Source: a virus. From it: a stretch of 32,028 nucleotides of DNA. Shown piece by piece: positions 17,214-26,878 of this stretch. The stretch lies in the UHGV virus genome UHGV-0115055. One strand, 5' to 3'. A program made the position numbers and the translations under genes. Every line of letters starts with the position of its first letter. Position 1 is the stretch's first letter. A model generated the notes under the pieces. The model was not told the origin of the DNA. It saw nothing but the letters and a program-made list of their open reading frames with translations, and did not search any database.

Positions 17214-17358
17214 CCCGCAGACGAACGGCGATTTAAGTGCCGATATCCGGCAGCTTGAGAACGCGCTGGCACGCTGTGCCAGCCAGGTAAAAATGATTAA
17301 ACACTGTCAGGACGAAAACGATGCTCAAACCCGACAGCCTGCGCAGGGCGCTGACTGA
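17068..17358 (+). CDS. lysC: Rz1-like o-spanin lipoprotein LysC, nested in an alternative frame across the lysB 3' end
   Basis: 96 aa from ATG at 17068; lipoprotein signal with lipobox LCAGC; begins inside lysB in another frame and extends past it, as in P2. Confidence 0.75.
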   Translation: MKTKIFAAGTALTCLMLCAGCTSVRPAPTPVIVHNACPKVSLCPMPGSDPQTNGDLSADIRQLENALARCASQVKMIKHCQDENDAQTRQPAQGAD

Positions 17359-17788
17359 TGCCGTCACGGTGCTGAAAACTAACCCCGATATGCTGCGGAT
17401 ATTCGTTGATAACGGGAGTATTGCCTCCACACTAGCGACGTCGCTGTCATTCGAAAAGCGTTACACGCTCAATGTCATTGTGACCGACTTTACCGGTGAT
17501 TTTGACCTGCTCATCGTGCCGGTGCTGGCGTGGCTGCGGGAAAATCAGCCCGACATCATGACCACCGACGAAGGCCAGAAAAAAGGTTTCACGTTTTATG
17601 CAGACATCAACAATGACAGCAGCTTTGATATCAGCATCAGCCTGATGCTGACCGAGCGCACGCTGGTCAGTGAGGTGGACGGCGCGCTGCATGTGAAGAA
17701 TATCCCGGAACCCACGCCGCCGGAGCCGGTCACCCGCCCGATGGAGCTTTATATCAATGGCGAACTGGTGAGCAAGTGGGATGAATGA
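17321..17788 (+). CDS. R: tail completion protein R
   Basis: 155 aa, P2 R size and position. Confidence 0.88.
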   Translation: MLKPDSLRRALTDAVTVLKTNPDMLRIFVDNGSIASTLATSLSFEKRYTLNVIVTDFTGDFDLLIVPVLAWLRENQPDIMTTDEGQKKGFTFYADINNDSSFDISISLMLTERTLVSEVDGALHVKNIPEPTPPEPVTRPMELYINGELVSKWDE

Positions 17789-18233
17789 GTTTAAGCGTTT
17801 TGAAGACCGGCTGACCGGGCTGATTGAATCGCTGTCACCGTCAGGGCGTCGGCGACTGAGTGCCGAACTGGCGAAACGTCTGCGGCAGAGTCAGCAGCGT
17901 CGGGTGATGGCACAGAAAGCCCCGGACGGCACACCCTACGCGCCACGCCAGCAGCAGAGCGTCAGAAAAAAGACCGGTCGCGTTAAGCGAAAAATGTTTG
18001 CGAAACTTATTACCAGTCGTTTTTTGCATATCCGCGCCAGCCCGGAACAGGCATCAATGGAGTTTTACGGCGGGAAGTCACCGAAAATCGCCAGTGTGCA
18101 TCAGTTTGGTCTGTCGGAAGAAAACCGGAAAGACGGTAAGAAAATTGATTATCCGGCGCGCCCTCTGCTCGGCTTCACCGGTGAGGATGTGCAGATGATT
18201 GAAGAGATTATCCTGGCTCACCTCGACCGTTAG
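17781..18233 (+). CDS. S: tail completion protein S
   Basis: 150 aa, P2 S size and position. Confidence 0.88.
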   Translation: MNEFKRFEDRLTGLIESLSPSGRRRLSAELAKRLRQSQQRRVMAQKAPDGTPYAPRQQQSVRKKTGRVKRKMFAKLITSRFLHIRASPEQASMEFYGGKSPKIASVHQFGLSEENRKDGKKIDYPARPLLGFTGEDVQMIEEIILAHLDR

Positions 18234-18299
18234 TTGTGCCATTCCCGACACCTCATCGTCACATTGCCGCCGGTATGACCCGGCGGCATCCTTCCCGTT

Positions 18300-18935
18300 A
18301 TGAACACTCTCGCAAATATTCAGGAACTCGCGCGCGCACTGCGCAACATGATTCGCACCGGCCTTGTCGTCGAAACCAACCTTAAATCCGGTCGCTGCCG
18401 TGTGCAGACCGGCGGCATGTGCACCGACTGGCTTCAGTGGCTGACCTGTCGTGCCGGGCGTTCGCGCACATGGTGGGCACCTTCCGAGGGGGAGCAGGTG
18501 CTGATTCTGGCCGTGGGCGGTGAACTTGACACGGCGTTTGTTCTGCCGGGGATTTATTCCGGCGATAACCCCGCGCCGTCTGCGTCGGCGGATGCCCTGC
18601 ATATCCGTTTCCCTGACGGGGCGGTGATTGAGTATGAACCCAAAACCAGTGCACTCACGGTAAGCGGAATTAAAACGGCTAGCGTGACGGCTTCTGATTC
18701 TGTTACTGCCACGGTGCCGGTGGTCATGGTGAAAGCGTCAACCCGCATCACACTGGACACACCGGAGGTGGTCTGCACCAACAGGCTGATTACCGGCACG
18801 CTGGAAGTGCAGAAAGGCGGAACGATGCACGGCAACATTGAACATACCGGTGGTGAACTCTCATCAAACGGTAAGGTACTGCATACCCATAAACACCCCG
18901 GCGACAGCGGCGGCACAACCGGGAGTCCTCTATGA
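18300..18935 (+). CDS. V: baseplate spike protein V
   Basis: 211 aa, P2 V size and position. Confidence 0.9.
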   Translation: MNTLANIQELARALRNMIRTGLVVETNLKSGRCRVQTGGMCTDWLQWLTCRAGRSRTWWAPSEGEQVLILAVGGELDTAFVLPGIYSGDNPAPSASADALHIRFPDGAVIEYEPKTSALTVSGIKTASVTASDSVTATVPVVMVKASTRITLDTPEVVCTNRLITGTLEVQKGGTMHGNIEHTGGELSSNGKVLHTHKHPGDSGGTTGSPL

Positions 18936-19279
18936 CAGCGCGTTATCTCGGAATGAATCGCAGTGATGGCCTGACTGTCACTGACCTTGAGCATATCAGC
19001 CAGAGTATCGGCGATATCCTGCGCACACCGGTCGGCTCACGGGTGATGCGTCGTGATTACGGCTCGTTGCTGGCGTCAATGATTGACCAGCCGCAGACCC
19101 CGGCGCTTGAGTTGCAGATTAAGGTCGCCTGTTACATGGCGGTGCTGAAATGGGAACCCCGCGTCACCCTGTCATCCGTCACCACGGCGCGCAGCTTTGA
19201 CGGGCGAATGACGGTCACGTTAACCGGCCAGCACAACGACACCGGCCAGCCACTTTCGTTAACCATCCCTGTGAGTTGA
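18932..19279 (+). CDS. W: baseplate wedge protein W (gp25-like)
   Basis: 115 aa, P2 W size and position. Confidence 0.9.
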   Translation: MTARYLGMNRSDGLTVTDLEHISQSIGDILRTPVGSRVMRRDYGSLLASMIDQPQTPALELQIKVACYMAVLKWEPRVTLSSVTTARSFDGRMTVTLTGQHNDTGQPLSLTIPVS

Positions 19280-19283
19280 AACC

Positions 19284-20192
19284 ATGCCGATTATCGACCT
19301 GAACCAGCTACCCGCACCGGATGTGGTCGAGGAGCTGGACTTTGAAACCATTCTTGCCGAACGCAAGGCGACACTGATTTCCCTTTACCCGGAAGACCAG
19401 CAGGAGGCGGTCGCCCGTACCCTGACGCTGGAATCTGAGCCTCTCGTCAAACTGCTGGAGGAAAATGCTTATCGTGAGCTTATCTGGCGTCAGCGTGTGA
19501 ATGAGGCCGCACGGGCGGTGATGCTGGCCTGTGCCGCCGGTAATGACCTTGATGTGATTGGTGCCAATTACAACACCACGCGCCTGACTATCACCCCGGC
19601 AGATGATTCGACCATCCCGCCGACACCGGCAGTAATGGAATCTGACACCGATTATCGGCTGCGTATTCAGCAGGCGTTTGAGGGCTTAAGTGTCGCCGGG
19701 TCGGTGGGTGCCTATCAGTATCATGGCCGCAGTGCCGACGGGCGTGTCGCGGATATCTCTGTCACCAGTCCGTCTCCGGCCTGTGTCACCATCTCCGTGC
19801 TGTCACGTGAAAATAACGGCGTCGCATCCGAAGACCTGCTGGCTGTGGTGCGTAACGCCCTTAATGGCGAGGATGTCAGGCCGGTGGCCGACCGCGTGAC
19901 CGTGCAGTCTGCCGCCATTGTTGAATACCAGATAAACGCCACGCTTTACCTTTACCCTGGTCCCGAAAGCGAACCCATCCGCGCCGCCGCCGTGAAAAAA
20001 CTGGAAGCGTACATCACGGCACAGCACCGGCTGGGGCGCGACATCCGTCTGTCTGCCATTTATGCCGCTTTGCATGTGGAAGGCGTGCAGCGTGTCGAAC
20101 TGACTGCACCGCTGGCTGACATCGTGCTCAACAGTACGCAGGCGTCTTTCTGCACCGAATACAGCGTCGTGACCGGAGGCTCGGATGAGTGA
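19284..20192 (+). CDS. J: baseplate protein J
   Basis: 302 aa, P2 J size and position. Confidence 0.9.
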   Translation: MPIIDLNQLPAPDVVEELDFETILAERKATLISLYPEDQQEAVARTLTLESEPLVKLLEENAYRELIWRQRVNEAARAVMLACAAGNDLDVIGANYNTTRLTITPADDSTIPPTPAVMESDTDYRLRIQQAFEGLSVAGSVGAYQYHGRSADGRVADISVTSPSPACVTISVLSRENNGVASEDLLAVVRNALNGEDVRPVADRVTVQSAAIVEYQINATLYLYPGPESEPIRAAAVKKLEAYITAQHRLGRDIRLSAIYAALHVEGVQRVELTAPLADIVLNSTQASFCTEYSVVTGGSDE

Positions 20193-20715
20193 TTCGCGAC
20201 TGCTGCCGACCGGCTCATCACCGCTTGAGGTCGCCGCCGCAAAAGCCTGTGCGGAAATTGAAAAAACGCCGGTCAGTATTCGTGAGCTGTGGAACCCGGA
20301 CACCTGCCCGGCAAATCTGCTGCCGTGGCTGGCGTGGGCGTTTTCGGTCGACAGGTGGGATGAACAGTGGCCGGAAGCGACCAAACGCGCCGTTATCCGC
20401 GATGCCTATTTCATCCACTGTCATAAAGGCACTATAGGTGCAATCCGGCGTGTGGTGGAGCCGCTCGGCTATCTCATTAACGTAAAGGAATGGTGGGAGA
20501 CAAACGACCCGCCCGGAACCTTCCGCCTTGATATCGGCGTACTGGAAAGCGGCATCACGGAGGAGATGTATCTGGAAATGGAACGGCTTATTGCCGATGC
20601 CAAACCCGCAAGTCGCCACCTTATCGGTCTGAACATTATCCAGGACATTCCCGGCTATCTGTATACAGGCGGTGTGGTCTGTGATGGTGATGTTATTACT
20701 GTTTATCCCGGATAA
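20185..20715 (+). CDS. I: baseplate/tail fibre attachment protein I
   Basis: 176 aa, P2 I size and position. Confidence 0.9.
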   Translation: MSDSRLLPTGSSPLEVAAAKACAEIEKTPVSIRELWNPDTCPANLLPWLAWAFSVDRWDEQWPEATKRAVIRDAYFIHCHKGTIGAIRRVVEPLGYLINVKEWWETNDPPGTFRLDIGVLESGITEEMYLEMERLIADAKPASRHLIGLNIIQDIPGYLYTGGVVCDGDVITVYPG

Positions 20716-20725
20716 GTGAGAAACA

Positions 20726-23347
20726 ATGAGCACGAAATTTAAAACCGTTATCACTACTGCCGGAGCCGCAAAGCTGGCAGCCGCCACTGTCCCCGGCGGG
20801 AAAAAAGTAACTCTGTCTGCAATGGCCGTGGGTGACGGTAATGGCAAATTGCCGGTGCCGGATGCTGGTCAGACGAAACTGGTGCATGAGGTCTGGCGTC
20901 ACGCCCTGAATAAAGTCAGCGTGGATAATAAGAATAAAAACTATATCGTGGCTGAACTGGTTGTACCGCCCGAAGTGGGCGGCTTCTGGATGCGTGAGCT
21001 TGGTTTGTATGACGATGCCGGAACACTGATTGCGGTCGCCAACATGGCGGAAAGCTATAAGCCAGAACTGGCTGAAGGCTCCGGACGTGCGCAGACCTGC
21101 CGCATGGTTGTTATTGTCAGCAACGTGTCGTGCGTTGAGCTGAGTATTGATGCCAGCACAGTGATGGCGACGCAGGATTACGTCGATGACAAAATCGCAG
21201 AGCATGAGCAGTCCCGCCGCCATCCTGACGCCACGCTGACAGAAAAAGGTTTTACTCAGTTAAGCAGTGCAACAAACAGCACCAGTGAAAAGCAGGCTGC
21301 AACGCCAAAGGCAGTAAAAGCAGCCTATGACAATGCTGAGAAACGTCTGCAGAAAGACCAGAACGGTGGCGATATTCCAGATAAGGGCGCTTTTCTGGAC
21401 AATATTGGCGTTACCAGCCTGACGTTTATGAAACACAATGGAATGATTCCAACCACTGACAATCTTGACTCCTATGGCCCAGAAGAAAAATATCTTGGAA
21501 CGTGGTCATGTCCGTCACAATCCACTGCAAAACCAGAGTCTGGTTACCCTGAAGATAAAGGCAATGGGGTTCTGGAAGTATTCAATGCTGGTCGCTTTCA
21601 CTGCACACAACGCTACACCACCCGAACCGGTAATATTTACATTCGGATGCTTGATGCAGAATGGAACCCAGCCAGTCCAACATGGAGTGCATGGAGAGTT
21701 ATTACAAGCGGGACTCGACCATTAAGCACGTCAATTGACCTGAATTCTTTAGGTGGTGCGGAACACCTGGGAATATGGCGCAATAGCAGTACATCAATAG
21801 CCTCATTTGACCGTCATTTCCCGGAGGAAGGGAGTTTTGGGCAGGGTATTCTGGAAGTCTTTGAAGGCGGTCTGTATGGGAGGATGCAACGTTACACCAC
21901 CCGTAGTGGGACTATGTACATTCGCGGACTGACTGCCTCATGGGATGCAGAAAATCCACAATGGGAGGACTGGATTGCTGTTGGGTATCAGTCCACGGGA
22001 TGGACTTATTCAGGGGATCTTGATGACCTTTTAAAGCCTGGTATTTATAGCGTTACGAAACAGGCCACAAATGCACCTGTCACCGACTCTAAAGATCTTG
22101 CTGTTGGCTCAATAGTTGAAGTGAAAAAACGTTGTGATATTGAATCGTATATCCAGACATACACGACTGTTTCAGCAACGGATGCCTATAAAAACCGGAC
22201 ATTTCAGCGAACCCGCGCCAGCGGTGAAACTGACTGGGGGGAATGGGCGGAAGTATACAACTCAAAATCATTACTCACTAAATTAGGTGTCGGCGGTGTT
22301 ACCGACAGGTTATCCAGTCTGGACTGGCAGACCTACGACTTTATACCGGGCAGCATGATAACTGTCAGGCTTTCAGATATGACCAATATTCCCGATGGGA
22401 TGGAATGGGGCGTCATTGATACTAACCTGATAAATATCACTGTTGGCCCCAGTGAAGGCGGAGGTGTCGCCCGTTCAATGCATGTATGGCGCAGCACTTC
22501 AAACAAAACCAACTATCGTTTTTTTACAGTCCGCTTATATGGCAATCCTGGGGAGCGTAGCTTCAATATTCGTCGGCTACCAATTATCGACGAAGCCCAG
22601 ACATGGGAGGCAAAACAGACATTCAGTGCAGGCCTTTCTGGTGAACTGTCCGGCAATGCGGCTACAGCAACAAAGCTGAAAACGGCAAGGACAATTAACG
22701 GCGTAAAATTTGACGGCTCGGCAAATATTGAAGCGTTTCCGCCTGGTGTTCCGCTGCCGTGGCCATCAGATACACCACCTGCAGGCTATGCAATCATGCA
22801 GGGGCAGACGTTTGATAAGGCAGCATATCCGAAACTGGCTATAGCCTATCCTTCTGGTGTTATTCCTGATATGCGCGGCTGGACAATCAAGGGCAAACCC
22901 GCCAGTGGGCGTGCTGTATTGTCACAGGAACAGGACGGGATTAAATCGCATACTCACAGTGCCAGTGCGTCAAATACGGATTTGGGAACGAAAACAACCA
23001 GTTCGTTTGATTACGGCACGAAGACGGTCAGTACGTTTAATCATGGCACAAAATCAACGAACAATACGGGCAATCATACGCACACTGTCGGTGGTGTTTA
23101 TGGCGGCGACTCTGTCGGTGGAAAACAGCGTGTACAGGCTTCAGGAAACAATCAGGTGTCCAGCACCGCCGGAGCGCACGCCCATACGGTGGATATTGGT
23201 CAGCATAACCACACTGTAGGTATTGGTGCCCATGCACACACTGTGGCCCTGGGTGCGCACGGACACACCATCACGGTAAATGCTACGGGTAATACCGAAA
23301 ACACCGTCAAAAACATCGCATTTAACTATATTGTGAGGCTTGCATAA
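20726..23347 (+). CDS. H: tail fibre protein H (mosaic: conserved N-terminal anchor, divergent receptor-binding distal part)
   Basis: 873 aa, longer than P2 H (669 aa). N-terminal ~160 aa are P2-H-like; the remainder has an internal duplicated ~50 aa domain and a C-terminal array of H-x-H-T repeats; GC content drops in the distal part. Confidence 0.9.
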   Translation: MSTKFKTVITTAGAAKLAAATVPGGKKVTLSAMAVGDGNGKLPVPDAGQTKLVHEVWRHALNKVSVDNKNKNYIVAELVVPPEVGGFWMRELGLYDDAGTLIAVANMAESYKPELAEGSGRAQTCRMVVIVSNVSCVELSIDASTVMATQDYVDDKIAEHEQSRRHPDATLTEKGFTQLSSATNSTSEKQAATPKAVKAAYDNAEKRLQKDQNGGDIPDKGAFLDNIGVTSLTFMKHNGMIPTTDNLDSYGPEEKYLGTWSCPSQSTAKPESGYPEDKGNGVLEVFNAGRFHCTQRYTTRTGNIYIRMLDAEWNPASPTWSAWRVITSGTRPLSTSIDLNSLGGAEHLGIWRNSSTSIASFDRHFPEEGSFGQGILEVFEGGLYGRMQRYTTRSGTMYIRGLTASWDAENPQWEDWIAVGYQSTGWTYSGDLDDLLKPGIYSVTKQATNAPVTDSKDLAVGSIVEVKKRCDIESYIQTYTTVSATDAYKNRTFQRTRASGETDWGEWAEVYNSKSLLTKLGVGGVTDRLSSLDWQTYDFIPGSMITVRLSDMTNIPDGMEWGVIDTNLINITVGPSEGGGVARSMHVWRSTSNKTNYRFFTVRLYGNPGERSFNIRRLPIIDEAQTWEAKQTFSAGLSGELSGNAATATKLKTARTINGVKFDGSANIEAFPPGVPLPWPSDTPPAGYAIMQGQTFDKAAYPKLAIAYPSGVIPDMRGWTIKGKPASGRAVLSQEQDGIKSHTHSASASNTDLGTKTTSSFDYGTKTVSTFNHGTKSTNNTGNHTHTVGGVYGGDSVGGKQRVQASGNNQVSSTAGAHAHTVDIGQHNHTVGIGAHAHTVALGAHGHTITVNATGNTENTVKNIAFNYIVRLA

Positions 23348-23925
23348 TGGCTTTCAGAATGAGTGCAGAAGCACAAACTATCCGCGTTTTCAATTTACTT
23401 GATGGAACCAATGAATTTATTGGTGAAAGTGACGCATATATTCCGCCGCATACAGGTCTGCCTGCAAACAGTACAGATATTGCACCGCCTGATATTCCTG
23501 CTGGTTATGCAGCCGTTTTCAATGCAGATGAAATGAAATGGGAACTGATGGAAGACCATCGCGGAAAGACCGTCTATGAAACGAAAACGGGAGCAGCCAT
23601 TTATATTTCTGAACTTGGCGTATTACCTCCAGACGTGACAGCCATTTCCCCGGATGGGGATTATCAGAAATGGAACGGCAATGCGTGGGTGAATGATGAG
23701 AATGCAGAGCGTGATGCGCTTGTCAGAGCGGCTGACTCTCAGAAGAAAGAGCTGATTGCATATGCAGGTGAAATTATTGCCACTCTGCAGGATGCTGTCG
23801 ATTTAGATATGGCTACCGAGGAAGAAAAGTTAAGCCTGACACACTGGAAAAAATACCGTGTGCTACTGAATCGCGTTCAGCCGGAAAATGCCCCGGATAT
23901 TGAATGGCCGAAAATGCCGCAATAA
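23347..23925 (+). CDS. G: tail fibre assembly chaperone G
   Basis: 192 aa directly downstream of H with ATAATG overlap; position of P2 G. Confidence 0.85.
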   Translation: MAFRMSAEAQTIRVFNLLDGTNEFIGESDAYIPPHTGLPANSTDIAPPDIPAGYAAVFNADEMKWELMEDHRGKTVYETKTGAAIYISELGVLPPDVTAISPDGDYQKWNGNAWVNDENAERDALVRAADSQKKELIAYAGEIIATLQDAVDLDMATEEEKLSLTHWKKYRVLLNRVQPENAPDIEWPKMPQ

Positions 23926-23959
23926 ATCGTATTAGAACTGGTGTGAGATTAGTCATCTA

Positions 23960-24001
23960 TGGCACAGAGTAAAACCTAATCTGACAGTCCACTCTGTGCC
24001 A
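23960..24001. repeat. 11-bp perfect inverted repeat (TGGCACAGAGT ... ACTCTGTGCCA) with 20-nt loop immediately after gene G
   Basis: Read from sequence; possible stem-loop at the end of the H-G transcript or a boundary element of the cargo island. Confidence 0.4.
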
Positions 24002-24492
24002 GCAGCAATTGCGTGGCCAAAGGAAACACTGCCAGCACAATCAGGTATTGATATGTCGATGTAGTCCTGAATGGCTGGCAACTCACCTAACCTAATGAGC
24101 TCCCGTTCAACCGGAACATAAGGTCAATTCTGTTGTATGATTTTTCCCTTTTTGAAAGAATAATAGCGATAAATGACGAATTTTTGGAACCCTGCTTGTT
24201 GCTGAAGATACGTTGTCACAATGGAAGAACGTGACTTACATCGAAGTGATGGGAGTATCCGTCAAGATCTAATACACGAAAATAGAAGTGAAAAGGTACG
24301 CTGCGAGGGCGCTCGCCTGTCCGCTCTGTCTGCGAAGAAATAATTTATTTTAGGCCACCCAAGCGGCTTGTTTAAGATTAGTACTCTTATCTAGAAAACT
24401 CGTAACTGACTTGAATGTATGGTAACATGATAATAACAAGGTTCGAACATCCGCCAATGCAATATACTTAGAACATATAAATTGAATCTGAC

Positions 24493-25374
24493 ATGGATAA
24501 AAATAAATTGGTTAAATTTTCACTAGTCGAAAACGCCTTGGATTCTATTGAGCTAGGTTTGGAGTATTTTTACGAAGCAAAAAAAGAATTCACGCCACGT
24601 AAATATAAACAATGCCTAATTAATATGTTTCATGGCTCGGAGTTAATCCTGAAAGAAATATTGAGTAGGATAAATATTATACTCATATTCGACAAAAACT
24701 CTTTATTTAAAATTTGCAAAGATCCTTTAAGTCCTACTGGGGATGAGTTGTATAAATTAAAATCAATAGATATTAATAGCTTATGCGATGAGGTTGTGAA
24801 GCATTATCCGGACGAGTTTAAAGGAAAGCTTAATATTGTCAAGGGCCTAGCTAGAGAAAGAAACAAGATACAGCATTTTGCAATCGAAATATCACCAGAG
24901 ATATTATCAAGGTTACTCTCAAGTCTTTACATTGATGTTTTTAAGCCATCCTTTAAAATAATTTTATCTGAGCTTGATTATGTTAATCAATACAATTCGC
25001 TGATTGAAAGGCAGATTATAGGTGCTGAAAAGACATTTCTTAAAATACAAGGTGATACTGATAACTATTTAGCTCTTTGTCCAAAGTGCGAGAACCATTC
25101 TCACTTTATATTGTACAAAGGTACGGGTTACCCTGTTGAGACCTATTGTATTTGCTGTGATTATAAAAATACAGATATTGACATATCAGATTATCTGGTA
25201 TGTCCTGAATGCGGATTCCCGTCATTGATATTTGATGAAAAAAATAATGCAGGAGTCTGCCTCAACGAGAAGTGTTACTATGGAATACAAGGTGGATTCG
25301 TAGAAATGGAACCATGTGAAAATTGTGATGGCTTTATTATTGAAGGTTCATGCCCAGAATGTGATACGGATTGA
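24493..25374 (+). CDS. cargo protein: putative HEPN-like domain fused to three C-terminal Cys4 zinc-ribbon units; candidate single-gene anti-phage (abortive infection) effector
   Basis: 293 aa in a strongly AT-rich island at the P2 Z/fun position. R-N-x3-H motif (ARERNKIQHF) typical of HEPN RNases in a predicted helical N-terminal region; C-terminus has paired Cys motifs CPKC..CICC, CPEC..CLNEKC, CENC..CPEC. Possible extended -10 promoter (TGaTAATAA around 24428-24436) upstream. Confidence 0.7.
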   Translation: MDKNKLVKFSLVENALDSIELGLEYFYEAKKEFTPRKYKQCLINMFHGSELILKEILSRINIILIFDKNSLFKICKDPLSPTGDELYKLKSIDINSLCDEVVKHYPDEFKGKLNIVKGLARERNKIQHFAIEISPEILSRLLSSLYIDVFKPSFKIILSELDYVNQYNSLIERQIIGAEKTFLKIQGDTDNYLALCPKCENHSHFILYKGTGYPVETYCICCDYKNTDIDISDYLVCPECGFPSLIFDEKNNAGVCLNEKCYYGIQGGFVEMEPCENCDGFIIEGSCPECDTD

Positions 25375-25552
25375 GATTACTCGACGATTGGTGCAACTGC
25401 ATGCTTGCAAAACTCTATGGTGCTAACGGAGTCAATTACTGAATTGTTGTTACCCATTGACGGATAGATTTCGGTTGCTTAACTGTGAATGGAGTAGCAT
25501 GACAGAGTTTTTTACCAGTCCGATTAGCTTCTATCAAATAGCAGTTCGGACA

Positions 25553-25579
25553 GGCGGGCTGATTGCCCGCCTTTTCTTT
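25553..25579 (+). terminator. rho-independent terminator at the right end of cargo island 2
   Basis: GC stem GGCGGGC / GCCCGCC with loop TGATT followed by TTTTCTTT; located between the cargo gene and the FI late operon. Confidence 0.6.
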
Positions 25580-25675
25580 ATCTGTTGTTTCATCCCCTGA
25601 CCAGCCAGGTCAAATAGCGTCTCATGCTCTGCACAACAGAAAATAGTTGCACCCATTAACCACGGAGTTAAACGG

Positions 25676-26866
25676 ATGAGTGACTATCATCACGGCGTGC
25701 AGGTGCTGGAGATTAACGACGGCACCCGCGTCATTTCCACCGTATCAACCGCCATTGTCGGCATGGTCTGCACAGCCAGCGATGCGGATGCGGAAACCTT
25801 CCCCCTCAATAAACCGGTGCTGATTACCAATGTGCAGAGCGCAATTGCAAAGGCTGGTAAAAAAGGCACGCTGGCGGCATCGTTGCAGGCCATCGCCGAC
25901 CAGTCAAAACCGGTCACCGTTGTCGTGCGTGTGGAAGACGGCACCGGCGACGACGAGGAAACGAAACTCGCGCAGACCGTTTCCAATATCATCGGCACCA
26001 CCGACGAAAACGGTCAGTACACCGGACTGAAAGCCCTGCTGGCGGCGGAGTCGGTAACCGGTGTTAAACCGCGTATTCTCGGTGTGCCGGGGCTGGATAC
26101 CAAAGAGGTGGCTGTTGCACTGGCATCCGTCTGTCAGAAGCTGCGCGCTTTCGGGTATATCAGCGCATGGGGCTGTAAAACCATTTCCGAGGTGAAAGCC
26201 TACCGTCAGAATTTCAGCCAGCGTGAGCTGATGGTCATCTGGCCGGATTTCCTCGCATGGGATACGGTCACCAGTACCACCGCCACCGCGTATGCCACCG
26301 CCCGTGCGCTGGGTCTGCGTGCCAGAATCGACCAAGAGCAGGGCTGGCATAAAACGCTGTCCAACGTCGGGGTAAACGGTGTTACCGGCATCAGTGCGTC
26401 CGTATTCTGGGATTTGCAGGAGTCCAGCACCGATGCTGACCTGCTGAACGAGTCAGGTGTCACAACGCTGATTCGCCGTGACGGTTTCCGCTTCTGGGGT
26501 AACCGTACCTGCTCTGATGACCCGCTGTTCCTCTTTGAAAACTACACCCGCACCGCGCAGGTGCTGGCCGACACGATGGCTGAGGCGCACATGTGGGCGG
26601 TGGACAAGCCCATCACCGCAACGCTGATTCGCGACATCGTTGACGGCATCAATGCCAAATTCCGAGAGCTGAAAACAAACGGCTATATCGTGGATGCGAC
26701 CTGCTGGTTCAGTGAAGAATCCAACGATGCGGAAACCCTCAAGGCCGGAAAACTGTATATCGACTACGACTATACCCCGGTGCCTCCTCTTGAAAACCTG
26801 ACCCTGCGCCAGCGTATTACTGATAAATACCTGGCAAATCTGGTCACCTCGGTTAACAGCAATTAA
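25676..26866 (+). CDS. FI: contractile tail sheath protein
   Basis: 396 aa, P2 FI size and position. Confidence 0.93.
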   Translation: MSDYHHGVQVLEINDGTRVISTVSTAIVGMVCTASDADAETFPLNKPVLITNVQSAIAKAGKKGTLAASLQAIADQSKPVTVVVRVEDGTGDDEETKLAQTVSNIIGTTDENGQYTGLKALLAAESVTGVKPRILGVPGLDTKEVAVALASVCQKLRAFGYISAWGCKTISEVKAYRQNFSQRELMVIWPDFLAWDTVTSTTATAYATARALGLRARIDQEQGWHKTLSNVGVNGVTGISASVFWDLQESSTDADLLNESGVTTLIRRDGFRFWGNRTCSDDPLFLFENYTRTAQVLADTMAEAHMWAVDKPITATLIRDIVDGINAKFRELKTNGYIVDATCWFSEESNDAETLKAGKLYIDYDYTPVPPLENLTLRQRITDKYLANLVTSVNSN

Positions 26867-26878
26867 GGAGCCTGACTG

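Noticed and set aside
18078-21223. Antisense ORFs across the baseplate/tail fibre genes (18078-18602 -, 18554-18994 -, 19803-20384 -, 20218-20847 -, 20696-21223 -)
   Set aside because: Overlap the V-W-J-I-H operon on the opposite strand; typical spurious open frames in high-GC DNA.
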